From: a virus | Length of the DNA stretch: 64,000 nt | IMG/VR virus record: IMGVR_UViG_3300028840_006004 | Coordinates: 1 to 64,000 of that record | Reading direction: 5' to 3' (one strand) | Shown: piece after piece, positions 42,217-52,348 of the stretch | Position numbering within the stretch: the first letter of the stretch is position 1 | Layout of the letters: each line of letters begins with the position of its first letter | Made by a program: the position numbers and the translations under genes | Notes under the pieces: model-generated | The model's input: the letters and a program-made list of their open reading frames with translations, nothing else | Databases searched by the model: none | Told to the model about the DNA's origin: nothing

Positions 42217-45200
42217 ACAAAACTCTGTTTAAATTGTGTAAAGATATCGCTGATATAAAATTTAGAATTACCTCTGAAATATAAGCTTATTTTTATCCAC
42301 TTTCCGCGGAAAACACTGTCATCTTCATAATATTCATCATCACTATCTTCTATTTCTCTGATAATCGGTGTATACCAAGCGCCTTCTTGCCATTCGCTAT
42401 CTTTCCAAAAATCGCTACTATCCTCGCTGAACGTGTAAGTGCCGGTTTGAAGTTCGGTTTCGTATTCAATACGATCAAGTACCTGATGAGGAGAATGAAT
42501 CTCTATGCTTTCAAATATTTTCGTCAATGCAGATGTGTTCTCTTTTTCTGTATTACCATTAACAATGAATGATAAAGTATTTAGCTTGCTTTGACCATAA
42601 AAAGTTGGCAATGCATTTTCAGCATCATTTTTATAAACATCGTGGGAAGAAGCTCCATTTCCATTTAAGGTCATCAGCTGACCTTTTTTAAACTTAATGA
42701 AAGTCGAAGATATGTCGTCAGAGGTTCCGATAAAGAAACTCAGTCCTTCACTGAAAATCAAATTCTGAGATGACTCTCCATTAATGAAAGAAAAATACAC
42801 CTCATCGTAATCCTCATTATAACCGAGCGAAATTCCGTTCATATCCATCGGAGTAGTTCTATTTTCATTCAGTGTAGCAATAATTTCTTTTAGCTCTTTT
42901 TCTATCATCAGGGTCTTTGACAACTGGTTTACTTTTGGTGTAGTAGCACCAGTAGTGGTTCTCTCAATCGATATCCTGGCAATCATCTCATATTTGGTAT
43001 CAACGATATAAATCGCATCTTTTGTTTTCAGGAAACCATGCCAGTCTTGTAAACCATAATAAGCTAACGGGACAGCTTCATCTGAGAGATATATTAATGA
43101 ATCATCGTATTGCAGATTTTCAGTTATTTTCTTCTGACCAACCGAGTGACGCATGATTGCTTCATTTCTGATTGTGATAAGAAATCCATACAATTCCTCG
43201 ATACGTACAATTTCTCCATAATTAGTTTCAAAATCCTCTTTGTTTTTGATGTCCATGGACCGGTACCCATCACGGAAAGAATCTACTATTCTACGTTCAG
43301 AAAAAGCGATTCTGGTTTTCTTATTCTGAGAATCAAATGGAAGATCAGTATCTACTCCAATAGCTTCAACATAAGCATCAGTCTTGTTATACCCATCATT
43401 AATATTAACAGATTCGACCAAGTCTTGCAGTTGGGATGAAGAGAATATCCATGAGAGCGGATCCAGTGAATCTGCTACTTGAGGAAAAAATGTGTAGATT
43501 ACATCGCTTCCGTCTTCATTGGTGATCTCAAGAACTGATCTTAACGAAACATTTCTTCTGTTCTGAGTAAACATACCATACATTATTCCATGACCATAAG
43601 CTGCATCAAGCAGGTATGCGCTTTTCAAATATTCTTTCTCTGAAAATACACCGGTATCCTGGAATACTTTCCTGTACCATGAACGAAAACCATTGGAAGC
43701 GTATCCGGAATCAGTATTATCATCATAATCTACTTGATGGGACATTCTGAACCAGGACATTGATTTAAAGTTATCGCCTTTATACAGCGTTTTCTCAATA
43801 TCAGTATCATCTATTTTGATCATATTAGAAATAGACCAATACCTCGAGTATTTTGGATTATATGCATTAAGCGAATTGTTGAAGAAATCAGCTCCACGAG
43901 GATCATCTTTATAAACTCTGACCATATAGGATTTTCCATCTTCGTAAACAATACGTCCTTCATTGACAATCACACCCATATAAGCTGGAGTCTGATAAGA
44001 TCTGTTATAGTGCACCAGTGCAAAGGATCCTTCGACCGCACCAACTGGTGCAGCGCAAGTATGGATCAATCTTCCTTCAAGCGTATAATATCCTCGTTTT
44101 CCCTGGATATTGTATTCTTTACCATCTTCAGCGTATGAAGAGAATTTGCCTCTTCCTTTATGAACTCCTTTTTCGATATTATATATACGAACTGAATGAT
44201 ATTCCGGAATAAATGAAGGCGGAAGTGATTCAGGCGGAATTTCATAAGGGCCGTCACTGGCACAGACTGGTCTTACCCAGTTATCACCATCTCTGACTGA
44301 CATAGGAAATTCGTAAACTCCTCTTTCCTGACTGTAAACTTCCATTGTAAGAACTTCAGCCCAATATGGTCCTGCTGATGGAGATCCACCTGGCTCAAAA
44401 TCATCAATTGTTTCACGCTGAATTATAACTTTAATACAAACCCAAATTTTACCGGCATGAGTAACAAAACTGTCCAGGTTCGCATTATATGGCAATGTAT
44501 AAACTCCACTTCCGATTGGCTTTGCTATTGCAGGAACATAATCACTACCTTCTGTCCATGCCAAAAGACCAATATAATCAGTCGGACAACCTGCAATCCA
44601 CTCTAATGGATTTTTCTGGCTTACACCTCCAGCTGTTAATGCCTCAATTTCTTTATAAATAAATGTATTGAATGTTGCAGGCTCCAGAGAAGTTCCACTG
44701 CCAATTTCAAATACGCGAGTTCTCGAAGGTTTTAAATGCACATGTTCATTTCCCTGGGGAGTTAATCCATAAGTTCCCTGAGAATAATCAGGATAGTCTA
44801 TTCTCCGATAAATTTCCAACCAGTAATCACTACCGCTTTGAGTGAGGTGATCTTCTTCAGTCATAAAGTCTGGTGAAAATATCGCAAAATGATCATCAGA
44901 TATTTTTAATCGTGTATCAATTGCTTCCTGGACTGTAAGATTAACGCCTGCGTCACCTTCAGTACCAGTATCATTGCTATCCTGAATTGCTGCAGGAACA
45001 TCAACAGCAAGTGAATATTCCCATTTTGGCCTTTCTTTACCAGTAAGCAGATCTTCTATAAAATCAGGAACAGCTGAAGTAAATTCAGAACGTTCATTAC
45101 CGTTGTCATTATAAACAGCGTGAGGAAATATGTACTTAGTTTCACTCAATGGATATTGTTGATTCTCGATAACGTGATTTATCTTGAATACAGGAACATG

Positions 45201-46865
45201 GTAAGCACCATTTTCGTCTTCAGAAGCAAACCATAAGTCTTGCTGATTGTAATACCAGCATTGTTTACCATTATTTTTACCAGTAACTTCCTTCAAGGTT
45301 TTACGATTTTGACTAAGCCTTATACCGTTTGCTGTTTTTTCCAGCATACCATCATAGAGCATATTTACGATACGTTCACCACGCAGGATGTAAATACCCC
45401 TTATTTTAGTATACCTACTGTCCGAATTGATGAGATCTACTGCTTCCTTGATCCTGGCTTTAACTCCAATAATATTGATCTCTTTGTTAGGAAGGTATGG
45501 CCGAAATAAACCTTTAATATTTGTCGTACCGTATTTTTCATCTTTTCCTTTTACAGGATATGCGTCTGTTATCGTTCCATCACTCAGTAAGAACTTGGCT
45601 GCAAATGGATATATTTCCTGATCGAAATAACCCAGGTACTTATAAATATTTGCCGGATCCTGGTAAGTCATCAACTCAGTCCTCGAAAGATTGACAATAT
45701 CATTATAACTCGCTCTGGATACTTCGTTTCCTTCGTGAGATGATAATGTAATTAATTGCGCAAGCTCTTCAAAAATGGTCTTATCGTAAACATTCGCCTT
45801 TAGGTTGGCTTTCCAGATCCGTGAATTGTAAAAACAGTGATCACCACTGATTCTTTCCTTCAGGTATAAATTGTAAAGCGTACCTGCATCCAGGATAACG
45901 GTATCTTCATTACCGGTTATCTCGATCTCGAGTGTATCGCCATCGATGAAATGATCCTGGGCCACCTCATATTCTTCATGGAAGAGATTTCCATCTCCAT
46001 TCCCAAAGAACCGCATAATACCAACTGATACATATTTATAGTCTTCATCGATATTTGAAAGATTCAGAACAATCTTTTTATTGGTATAGTTAATGTTGTC
46101 ATCGGAATCTTTATCAAGTTCACCGTATGTATCTGTGATCGAATCGCCATAAGCTACGCTTATTGGAAAAGACTCGGTACCATATTCAGTACGATCGAAT
46201 GAGGCTGTTTTGTAGGCAAAGAAAATATGGTATTGCCCGGGACGTAATGTTCCTCCTCTTGGAACGGAAACATCTTCTATCTTCGGAGGATCCAGAGAAT
46301 ATAGAACATGGTTGATTTTTCCATCAAAATCACTTGCCGTGTAAACAAAATCATTTATGGTGCCATCAATTCTGAAGCCAGAGTTGACTGCTTTATCCAT
46401 ATTTACCCCATCACAGAGGTAAAGATTTACACTTTCATCAAAGGCATCATCGATAATAAGTTTTAATTTCGATTGAGCAGTGTATCCAAAAAGTTCGGTC
46501 CGGAAGTCAATTCTTGATATTGGTTTTGCCAGGGAATAATTCTTCAGTGCGCGATATTCATCCGAAAACCCATCGGTTCCATTTATCCACTGATTAGGGT
46601 ATGGATAGCACCCGATTTCAGTATTAGTGCCATCAGAGCTAACCAAATAAACTATTCCACGATGTTCTTCGGCTGCTACTACAGTAAAACCTTCACCAAT
46701 CTCAAAGAGCTTCTCGTTACCGAGTTTTGATGAAACGACAAATCCCTGACCTCTTTTATTGTATATACGAATATTGTGAGTAGGAAATACCCAGTTATCA
46801 GGCTTCACATGATTATAAGCAAGATCAGCAACGATACCTTTTATGAATGCGTTGTTCTGTTTCAT
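42213..46865 (-). CDS. tail stabilisation/muzzle protein (P22 gp10-like)
   Basis: 1550 aa; N-terminal NAFIKGIVADL...HNIRI and C-terminal KIFESIEI...FRGKWIKISL patterns; follows the ring protein genes. Confidence 0.75.
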   Translation of the reverse strand: MKQNNAFIKGIVADLAYNHVKPDNWVFPTHNIRIYNKRGQGFVVSSKLGNEKLFEIGEGFTVVAAEEHRGIVYLVSSDGTNTEIGCYPYPNQWINGTDGFSDEYRALKNYSLAKPISRIDFRTELFGYTAQSKLKLIIDDAFDESVNLYLCDGVNMDKAVNSGFRIDGTINDFVYTASDFDGKINHVLYSLDPPKIEDVSVPRGGTLRPGQYHIFFAYKTASFDRTEYGTESFPISVAYGDSITDTYGELDKDSDDNINYTNKKIVLNLSNIDEDYKYVSVGIMRFFGNGDGNLFHEEYEVAQDHFIDGDTLEIEITGNEDTVILDAGTLYNLYLKERISGDHCFYNSRIWKANLKANVYDKTIFEELAQLITLSSHEGNEVSRASYNDIVNLSRTELMTYQDPANIYKYLGYFDQEIYPFAAKFLLSDGTITDAYPVKGKDEKYGTTNIKGLFRPYLPNKEINIIGVKARIKEAVDLINSDSRYTKIRGIYILRGERIVNMLYDGMLEKTANGIRLSQNRKTLKEVTGKNNGKQCWYYNQQDLWFASEDENGAYHVPVFKINHVIENQQYPLSETKYIFPHAVYNDNGNERSEFTSAVPDFIEDLLTGKERPKWEYSLAVDVPAAIQDSNDTGTEGDAGVNLTVQEAIDTRLKISDDHFAIFSPDFMTEEDHLTQSGSDYWLEIYRRIDYPDYSQGTYGLTPQGNEHVHLKPSRTRVFEIGSGTSLEPATFNTFIYKEIEALTAGGVSQKNPLEWIAGCPTDYIGLLAWTEGSDYVPAIAKPIGSGVYTLPYNANLDSFVTHAGKIWVCIKVIIQRETIDDFEPGGSPSAGPYWAEVLTMEVYSQERGVYEFPMSVRDGDNWVRPVCASDGPYEIPPESLPPSFIPEYHSVRIYNIEKGVHKGRGKFSSYAEDGKEYNIQGKRGYYTLEGRLIHTCAAPVGAVEGSFALVHYNRSYQTPAYMGVIVNEGRIVYEDGKSYMVRVYKDDPRGADFFNNSLNAYNPKYSRYWSISNMIKIDDTDIEKTLYKGDNFKSMSWFRMSHQVDYDDNTDSGYASNGFRSWYRKVFQDTGVFSEKEYLKSAYLLDAAYGHGIMYGMFTQNRRNVSLRSVLEITNEDGSDVIYTFFPQVADSLDPLSWIFSSSQLQDLVESVNINDGYNKTDAYVEAIGVDTDLPFDSQNKKTRIAFSERRIVDSFRDGYRSMDIKNKEDFETNYGEIVRIEELYGFLITIRNEAIMRHSVGQKKITENLQYDDSLIYLSDEAVPLAYYGLQDWHGFLKTKDAIYIVDTKYEMIARISIERTTTGATTPKVNQLSKTLMIEKELKEIIATLNENRTTPMDMNGISLGYNEDYDEVYFSFINGESSQNLIFSEGLSFFIGTSDDISSTFIKFKKGQLMTLNGNGASSHDVYKNDAENALPTFYGQSKLNTLSFIVNGNTEKENTSALTKIFESIEIHSPHQVLDRIEYETELQTGTYTFSEDSSDFWKDSEWQEGAWYTPIIREIEDSDDEYYEDDSVFRGKWIKISLYFRGNSKFYISDIFTQFKQSFV

Positions 46866-47827
46866 CCTGTAAGTAAATCTTTAATTTTTCGCATATAGCC
46901 ACCTTCATCAAATTCGACCTCTTGTCCAGGTTCAGCCATGAATAATCGTTGTTCATTTTTCCTTCTTCTGACTAGTCCGCGTAATCTCTCACCAGAACCA
47001 TAAACAAATCCTTTCTGAGGGTCAAATGCTTCAACATTAAATTCTTCCATGTTTCCTTCAAGCAATGCTTTCCGTGCATTTGATTTATACCAGCTTTCAG
47101 GACTTACGTTATAAAGCATTGAAACCAATGCAGCACGTTGGTTGTAATTTAACTTACCTCCAAGGGCATCGTTGATCTTGTCAACCTCATTTATCCTCAT
47201 TGACAAATCCCGGTTAAGCCTATCGAGAGCTTCTTCTTCAGTTATGGTAAAACCCTCTTTAATATCATCATAATTTAAGCTGGTAGATCCATAACCTATT
47301 GAAACAATCCCTCTCTCCTTTTCCTTTTCAGTAGCATAGTAAGCATTAGGACGGAACAACTCGTGTTTTTTGATGTAGTCAGTAGCAATTTTACGCATAT
47401 ACTCATCTTCCCTGGCTTTGATCAATTGCTCTCTTTCAAGCGCCTCCTTAGTTGGTATTTTTGGTTTAGGCAATACCTCAATCGGAGGACTCGGCACAAT
47501 TGGATTAGGATCATAATCTTCTTCAGCTGAAGGGTCGATTATTTCTTGCACTTGGTTTTCTGGCTCAGTTTTTTTAACCGGCTCTGGCTTTGGTGTTTTT
47601 TCAATGATTTCATTGTTTCTTTTTAATTCATTAACTTTTTCGTTTGTAATTGCACCGATGGTATTATCAAGCTGTAACATTCTTTCCTCAGAAATGGTAG
47701 AGATGATATCTTCACCAACCCTGTTCCATAAACTATTGGTTATGGTTTCCCTGGCTACATCTTCGGTTACACCGGTTATATCTTTATCAACAGGAATTAT
47801 TCCTGATTCTTCAAACAGAGGTGGCAT
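46862..47827 (-). CDS. GH24 (T4-type) lysozyme with a long N-terminal extension
   Basis: IKKHE...AY...SIGYG, ITEEEA, LNYNQRAALVSMLYNV, GLVRRRKNE. Confidence 0.85.
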   Translation of the reverse strand: MPPLFEESGIIPVDKDITGVTEDVARETITNSLWNRVGEDIISTISEERMLQLDNTIGAITNEKVNELKRNNEIIEKTPKPEPVKKTEPENQVQEIIDPSAEEDYDPNPIVPSPPIEVLPKPKIPTKEALEREQLIKAREDEYMRKIATDYIKKHELFRPNAYYATEKEKERGIVSIGYGSTSLNYDDIKEGFTITEEEALDRLNRDLSMRINEVDKINDALGGKLNYNQRAALVSMLYNVSPESWYKSNARKALLEGNMEEFNVEAFDPQKGFVYGSGERLRGLVRRRKNEQRLFMAEPGQEVEFDEGGYMRKIKDLLTG

Positions 47828-48446
47828 TGTTTGTGTATTTATGTGCTAATGGTTGAAATCCGATTTTGGGTATCTCGTCACCCATTATAATGGTCATGTC
47901 AGCAAACTCTTGCGCTCCCCAATCTCTAACATCTGCTTTTGGAGCCTGGATCATACCATCAAAACGTTGTTCCCAAGTGTTGTAGGTTGATAGGTTGATT
48001 CCTGACTGAGTATAAAGACTCTCGGCCTTGAATCCATTCAACTGGCAGAGTGTAACACAAGCAATGAAGTGTGTTTCGTGGATATAAGGGATACAGGTTT
48101 TGGTATTCATTGGAGTGCCAATATAATTTACCCAAATCACGTCACCCTCGAAATTATACAAATTTTTTACAACATTCCCTTGTCGATTGTATCTTACCCT
48201 CACATTATTATTATTCTTATCGAACACATCCAATAATTTGTAAAGGTTATCAGGAAGATAAAACTTGCTATTATTAACCACATTGAGAGGAATTTCCATG
48301 TATTTCCACATCGCATCAGGATCAGCAATATAAAGAGTTTCTATTTGCTGACACCAACGGTAGACCATGGCTTCATCCCATTTTTTATCCGGGAACTGAT
48401 CTTCCAGTTCTCGCAAAACTGCTTCATGTGTTATATAACTCGGCAT
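47811..48446 (-). CDS. tail ring (tubular) protein
   Basis: 211 aa; size and position match the crAss ring/P22 gp4-like protein. Confidence 0.6.
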   Translation of the reverse strand: MPSYITHEAVLRELEDQFPDKKWDEAMVYRWCQQIETLYIADPDAMWKYMEIPLNVVNNSKFYLPDNLYKLLDVFDKNNNNVRVRYNRQGNVVKNLYNFEGDVIWVNYIGTPMNTKTCIPYIHETHFIACVTLCQLNGFKAESLYTQSGINLSTYNTWEQRFDGMIQAPKADVRDWGAQEFADMTIIMGDEIPKIGFQPLAHKYTNNATSV

Positions 48447-49063
48447 TATTTCTGTTTTTTAAGTATCGTATACCATTCTTTGCTAAAGATCATTCGCTCT
48501 TTTTCAATCTTATGAGAAATCATTCCTGACATCAGTGGTGTATAAAAAGCATCGATTCTCATTACCCGGTGATGAACCCTCTTTTTGATGGCCCTGGGAA
48601 ATAAGATAATCGGTGAAATTGCTACCCTGATTACAGGATAAATCCCTCTAAGCTTTCTAAAATACTTATAAGGGACATTTCCCAATTTTCTATGTGTTGG
48701 AAGCTGTGTAATATGCATTGACATGAAGGAGTTATAAAAAAGGATCCTGTTACCCTTGAGTAACTGATCAAGCAGGATCCTGACTAACACTCTGGCATAA
48801 ATACCAATTATTACTCTCCTTACCTGTCTGTACCTTACACTATCACGCTTCAATCGTTTATTGTTACGCGACAAAACCTTTTCCATGAATAAATGGAACC
48901 GGTTATTAAAATCTTCCGTTTCAAAGAACTCTTTATCAATAATATTTTTTTCGATCGCACCATCCTGTTCCGTCAACCTGAGCTTTTTTCGCTTATCCTT
49001 AATATATACTATTCCTTTAGGATGATCCGCCGTATCTTTTATCAATTCGCCGTTTAGTTTCAT
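48446..49063 (-). CDS. basic HU/IHF-like protein
   Basis: ILLDQLLKGNRILF..FMSMHI pattern, very basic; IHF-like genes occupy this position in crAss-like phages. Confidence 0.5.
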   Translation of the reverse strand: MKLNGELIKDTADHPKGIVYIKDKRKKLRLTEQDGAIEKNIIDKEFFETEDFNNRFHLFMEKVLSRNNKRLKRDSVRYRQVRRVIIGIYARVLVRILLDQLLKGNRILFYNSFMSMHITQLPTHRKLGNVPYKYFRKLRGIYPVIRVAISPIILFPRAIKKRVHHRVMRIDAFYTPLMSGMISHKIEKERMIFSKEWYTILKKQK

Positions 49064-49442
49064 ACCATTCTCCTCGATAATCGGATTGATCTGCCCTCTT
49101 TTTAACTGGGTCAGCGATATTAAATGTTTCTTTCCAAGCTTTCACATAATTCCCATCTTCAACATACGCATCAGTGGTGATCTTTTGATTCCATGCTGGA
49201 TGTGTATAATCATTGTTGTATATTTCTGCTTCAGCATCACTGAGCTCTGCAATATAAGTTCCAGGAATGGTATAAATCACACCATCTACCTGTAATCTGA
49301 ATTTCCATTTTATCTTATCTGCACAATCAGTACACGGATCCGTATCAACGAACTCGTATTTATCCAAGTATTCCCAAATAGAATTTCTCAGGAATGTTAC
49401 CTGGCGGTCGATCGTGTAGTTTTCATGGAATTTAATCTGCAT
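49017..49442 (-). CDS. hypothetical protein
   Basis: ATG 49442 overlaps the end of the upstream gene. Confidence 0.65.
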   Translation of the reverse strand: MQIKFHENYTIDRQVTFLRNSIWEYLDKYEFVDTDPCTDCADKIKWKFRLQVDGVIYTIPGTYIAELSDAEAEIYNNDYTHPAWNQKITTDAYVEDGNYVKAWKETFNIADPVKKRADQSDYRGEWYETKRRIDKRYGGSS

Positions 49443-50109
49443 CTCTTTCTTTTTGTTTTGGTGGTTGAGCCAAAACTCTTTGCGCATCACTGATCAGGTC
49501 AGGAGGAAATCCCAACGCTTGACCAATATGTTGTACAGTTAATATTTCCAGGTTCCTTTCGGAAGGTGTAGGGAATTCATCATCAGCACTCCAGCTACTC
49601 ACCTGCCGTGGATCTCTCCATAACCCATTTACGTTAACATATTTTTGTCCTGCAATATCAGATTTTCTGAATAGCAGGTATTCTCTTGAAAAAGCAAAGG
49701 AAGGTTTCGGAAGATCTAAGTACCCGGTAGGGCCTCTCAGGAGGCTTTTAAGCGACTTTTCTACAAAGAGGACCGAGTAATCAACATTGGAAACGAAATC
49801 AATCGCTTTACCCTTTAATCCGCTGATCAACGGCTTTAAGTCTGCATAACAGAACAGGGTGTGATTGTTGATTGAGATACCTTCGATCTCGAATGACTGA
49901 TTGAATGATTTAATTTCGAGTTTCTCATCCAGCATATACAAAGTCTGATCAAGCCGGCGTTCATCGTTTGCCTTCCTGATCAGTGTCATATTCTGAGTGA
50001 TGAGTTGATCCTCTATCCAAAGATTTGTAATAGGAAAATCGTCTGTATGATTGAAACTTGATACTGCTTCAAGTACACTATAAGTTAACTCTTTCAATGA
50101 TTTTGACAT
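49432..50109 (-). CDS. tail ring protein
   Basis: 225 aa; gene order; VNVNGLWRDP...DDEFP pattern. Confidence 0.6.
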   Translation of the reverse strand: MSKSLKELTYSVLEAVSSFNHTDDFPITNLWIEDQLITQNMTLIRKANDERRLDQTLYMLDEKLEIKSFNQSFEIEGISINNHTLFCYADLKPLISGLKGKAIDFVSNVDYSVLFVEKSLKSLLRGPTGYLDLPKPSFAFSREYLLFRKSDIAGQKYVNVNGLWRDPRQVSSWSADDEFPTPSERNLEILTVQHIGQALGFPPDLISDAQRVLAQPPKQKERDAD

Positions 50110-50122
50110 AGCTGCAGATTTG

Positions 50123-50156
50123 AAAAAAGGGTGGGCGAAATATTCCGTCCACCCTT
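50123..50156 (-). terminator. Rho-independent terminator after the capsid operon
   Basis: Minus strand gggtggacg/cgcccaccc stem plus 6 T. Confidence 0.8.
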
Positions 50157-50179
50157 AAATTACGAAATTAAACTATCGT

Positions 50180-51532
50180 TTATACGGCTGCAGCCCAGGC
50201 ATCAAATAATGTCTTCAGGTCAGCAACACAACCGGCGACACCAGTGGTGGCACCGTTGTCAGCAACATATAGAACGAGCCCGTTAAGGTAATCGTTTCCA
50301 TGTGAAGCTCCGTGCATATTCCCGACTGATTGCGTGGTCTTCAGAATAAACTTAGACCAGTTGTACACATTAGCCGGTTTCTCCTTAGCCCAGTGATTAC
50401 TCAGCGGAACATCGTGTCCCATGTGAGTGAATTCACGATACACATCTTTCCATGGCATTAATTCAAATGCTCCCTGGACTTCAATGGTGGCTACACCATC
50501 AACTTCCTGTAATTGGAAAGTGGTTTCATCCTGGTACTCATCCTTGGTTACTAAATGGATGCTATGCTCAACCAGAGTTTCAGCTCCGGGAACGTGAACG
50601 ATAAATCCGTAACCAGGATTAGTAATACCGGCAGCGCGGTTGACTACTGTTTCTGGCTCTGCAGCAACAGTAACGGTAGCGCCAGCGGCATTTGTCCATG
50701 GCTGACTTACAGTAAGCACGGTATTCACGGCTCCAACCTCAATTTTGGTAATAACCTGAGAAGCTGGAGTAGCTACACCAATGGTCAATTCCTGTCCAAC
50801 ATACAATGACGCGGCAAACGCATTGGTCATTGTTAAGGTATTATCACCAATAACTGTATTACCTACAGTAGCAACACCAGCTTTTACGAGCGGGCTGTCA
50901 ATGTAAGCAGCGGCAGCGGCAAGGGTAACTCCATAAAGACCTGCAGCTGGAATATCAAATGTACCGGCAGCTACAGTACCGCTGAACTCCATTCTCACGG
51001 TAGGCTCAACGATCGCCTCAACATTTCCTTGCATGTGACCGTTGTAACGGCCAGCGTCATCAGTGATTTGCTGTGAGATGTCCTCGTAGGCTCTCATTAC
51101 ATCAAGATCGGAAATATATCCGCCTGATAATGGATCAAGTGCTTTAAATTTATGAGAATAAGTACGGAGCTGACCATACAGATTATCATTCATAACACCA
51201 GGTTTGCGGTTAATTGCTTTCACAATAAAACCAAGTTCGTGATCGCATTCGTCACATGGACCACGATCATCAAGAACAGCTTTTATCATTCTTGCGATTG
51301 AATCTTCGTGATCTACCTGAACTACGGTAGCTCCGCGAGCTGCTCCGCCAGGGATATAATCGCCCGAACCCTCAATAAAGAGAACGCTTGCGGCTACAAC
51401 GCCTGGATTAATACCGGCATCAACAACGAGCCTGAACTCCTGTGGTGCCACTCCTGGGTTTGCAATGATCCCAAAAGAATTCCTGAATTGTTTGTTTTCA
51501 GGATAAGTTAAATTTCCTCCGTATCCTTTCAT
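50180..51532 (-). CDS. auxiliary capsid/decoration protein
   Basis: 450 aa, Ala/Gly/Thr/Val-rich; third gene after the MCP; followed by a terminator. Confidence 0.6.
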   Translation of the reverse strand: MKGYGGNLTYPENKQFRNSFGIIANPGVAPQEFRLVVDAGINPGVVAASVLFIEGSGDYIPGGAARGATVVQVDHEDSIARMIKAVLDDRGPCDECDHELGFIVKAINRKPGVMNDNLYGQLRTYSHKFKALDPLSGGYISDLDVMRAYEDISQQITDDAGRYNGHMQGNVEAIVEPTVRMEFSGTVAAGTFDIPAAGLYGVTLAAAAAYIDSPLVKAGVATVGNTVIGDNTLTMTNAFAASLYVGQELTIGVATPASQVITKIEVGAVNTVLTVSQPWTNAAGATVTVAAEPETVVNRAAGITNPGYGFIVHVPGAETLVEHSIHLVTKDEYQDETTFQLQEVDGVATIEVQGAFELMPWKDVYREFTHMGHDVPLSNHWAKEKPANVYNWSKFILKTTQSVGNMHGASHGNDYLNGLVLYVADNGATTGVAGCVADLKTLFDAWAAAV

Positions 51533-51618
51533 TTTTTCTTTTTTTAAGGATAAATAAATCTATTTAGTTACCGTTGCGTTTATAAAAACGTCTTCCATCT
51601 GGGCACTAACTGTCTGTA

Positions 51619-52347
51619 TTATTTAGGTATCGAACCCTTGACTGGTATTGCAGTCTGTAAACGAGGATTCTCGACCACTTCAAGATATTGCACTACTGCA
51701 AGATCAACTATTTCTTTATTTTGTGCGGGTTTAAAACTTCCTGCTTCATCTACTCCGTCACCGTATTTGATCTCATCGGGATAACTGTAATATTCGAGTA
51801 TCAATCGGTTGAACTCCTTTTCCTTTGATATCCCATATATATAACCTCCACGATTCTCGAAATACATCCAGGTTTCATCATCTGGCTGACGATAAGGATT
51901 GTCCTTCCGGACAACCCTGTTATCAGCTCTAAGAATCTTTCCTGGTACCTGATAATTCAAAGAAATAACAACGCTATTAGGGACTCCCCTAATATCATCG
52001 TCACCATCATCAACAGCATCACTGTTAATGTTGCCAAACTCCGCTGATAAGCCATGCATATAAGCAGGATGATCTTCTGAACTGTAAGGTATTTGAAAAA
52101 TATTCGAGATATTGTTGAAAGCTTTTATATATGGATACTGGCGACCATCGGTGAGGACTTTGATAGCCTCCAGGTCGTCAATACGCTTCTGAGTAAATTC
52201 ATTTTCTGGCAATTTTGTTTTTATCCAATCAATTACGACAGGATTAATAAAATCAGTCCACCTCTGAGGTGTAATGACTATCGTTCTCGTTTTCCTGATT
52301 TCTTGCAGGAAATACTTGAACATTTTTTCGCCAGTGTCCAGTATCAT
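51619..52347 (-). CDS. ring/neck structural protein
   Basis: EFTQKRIDDLEAIKV...EIVDLAVVQYLE..ENPR pattern; gene order. Confidence 0.65.
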   Translation of the reverse strand: MILDTGEKMFKYFLQEIRKTRTIVITPQRWTDFINPVVIDWIKTKLPENEFTQKRIDDLEAIKVLTDGRQYPYIKAFNNISNIFQIPYSSEDHPAYMHGLSAEFGNINSDAVDDGDDDIRGVPNSVVISLNYQVPGKILRADNRVVRKDNPYRQPDDETWMYFENRGGYIYGISKEKEFNRLILEYYSYPDEIKYGDGVDEAGSFKPAQNKEIVDLAVVQYLEVVENPRLQTAIPVKGSIPK

Positions 52348-52348
52348 T

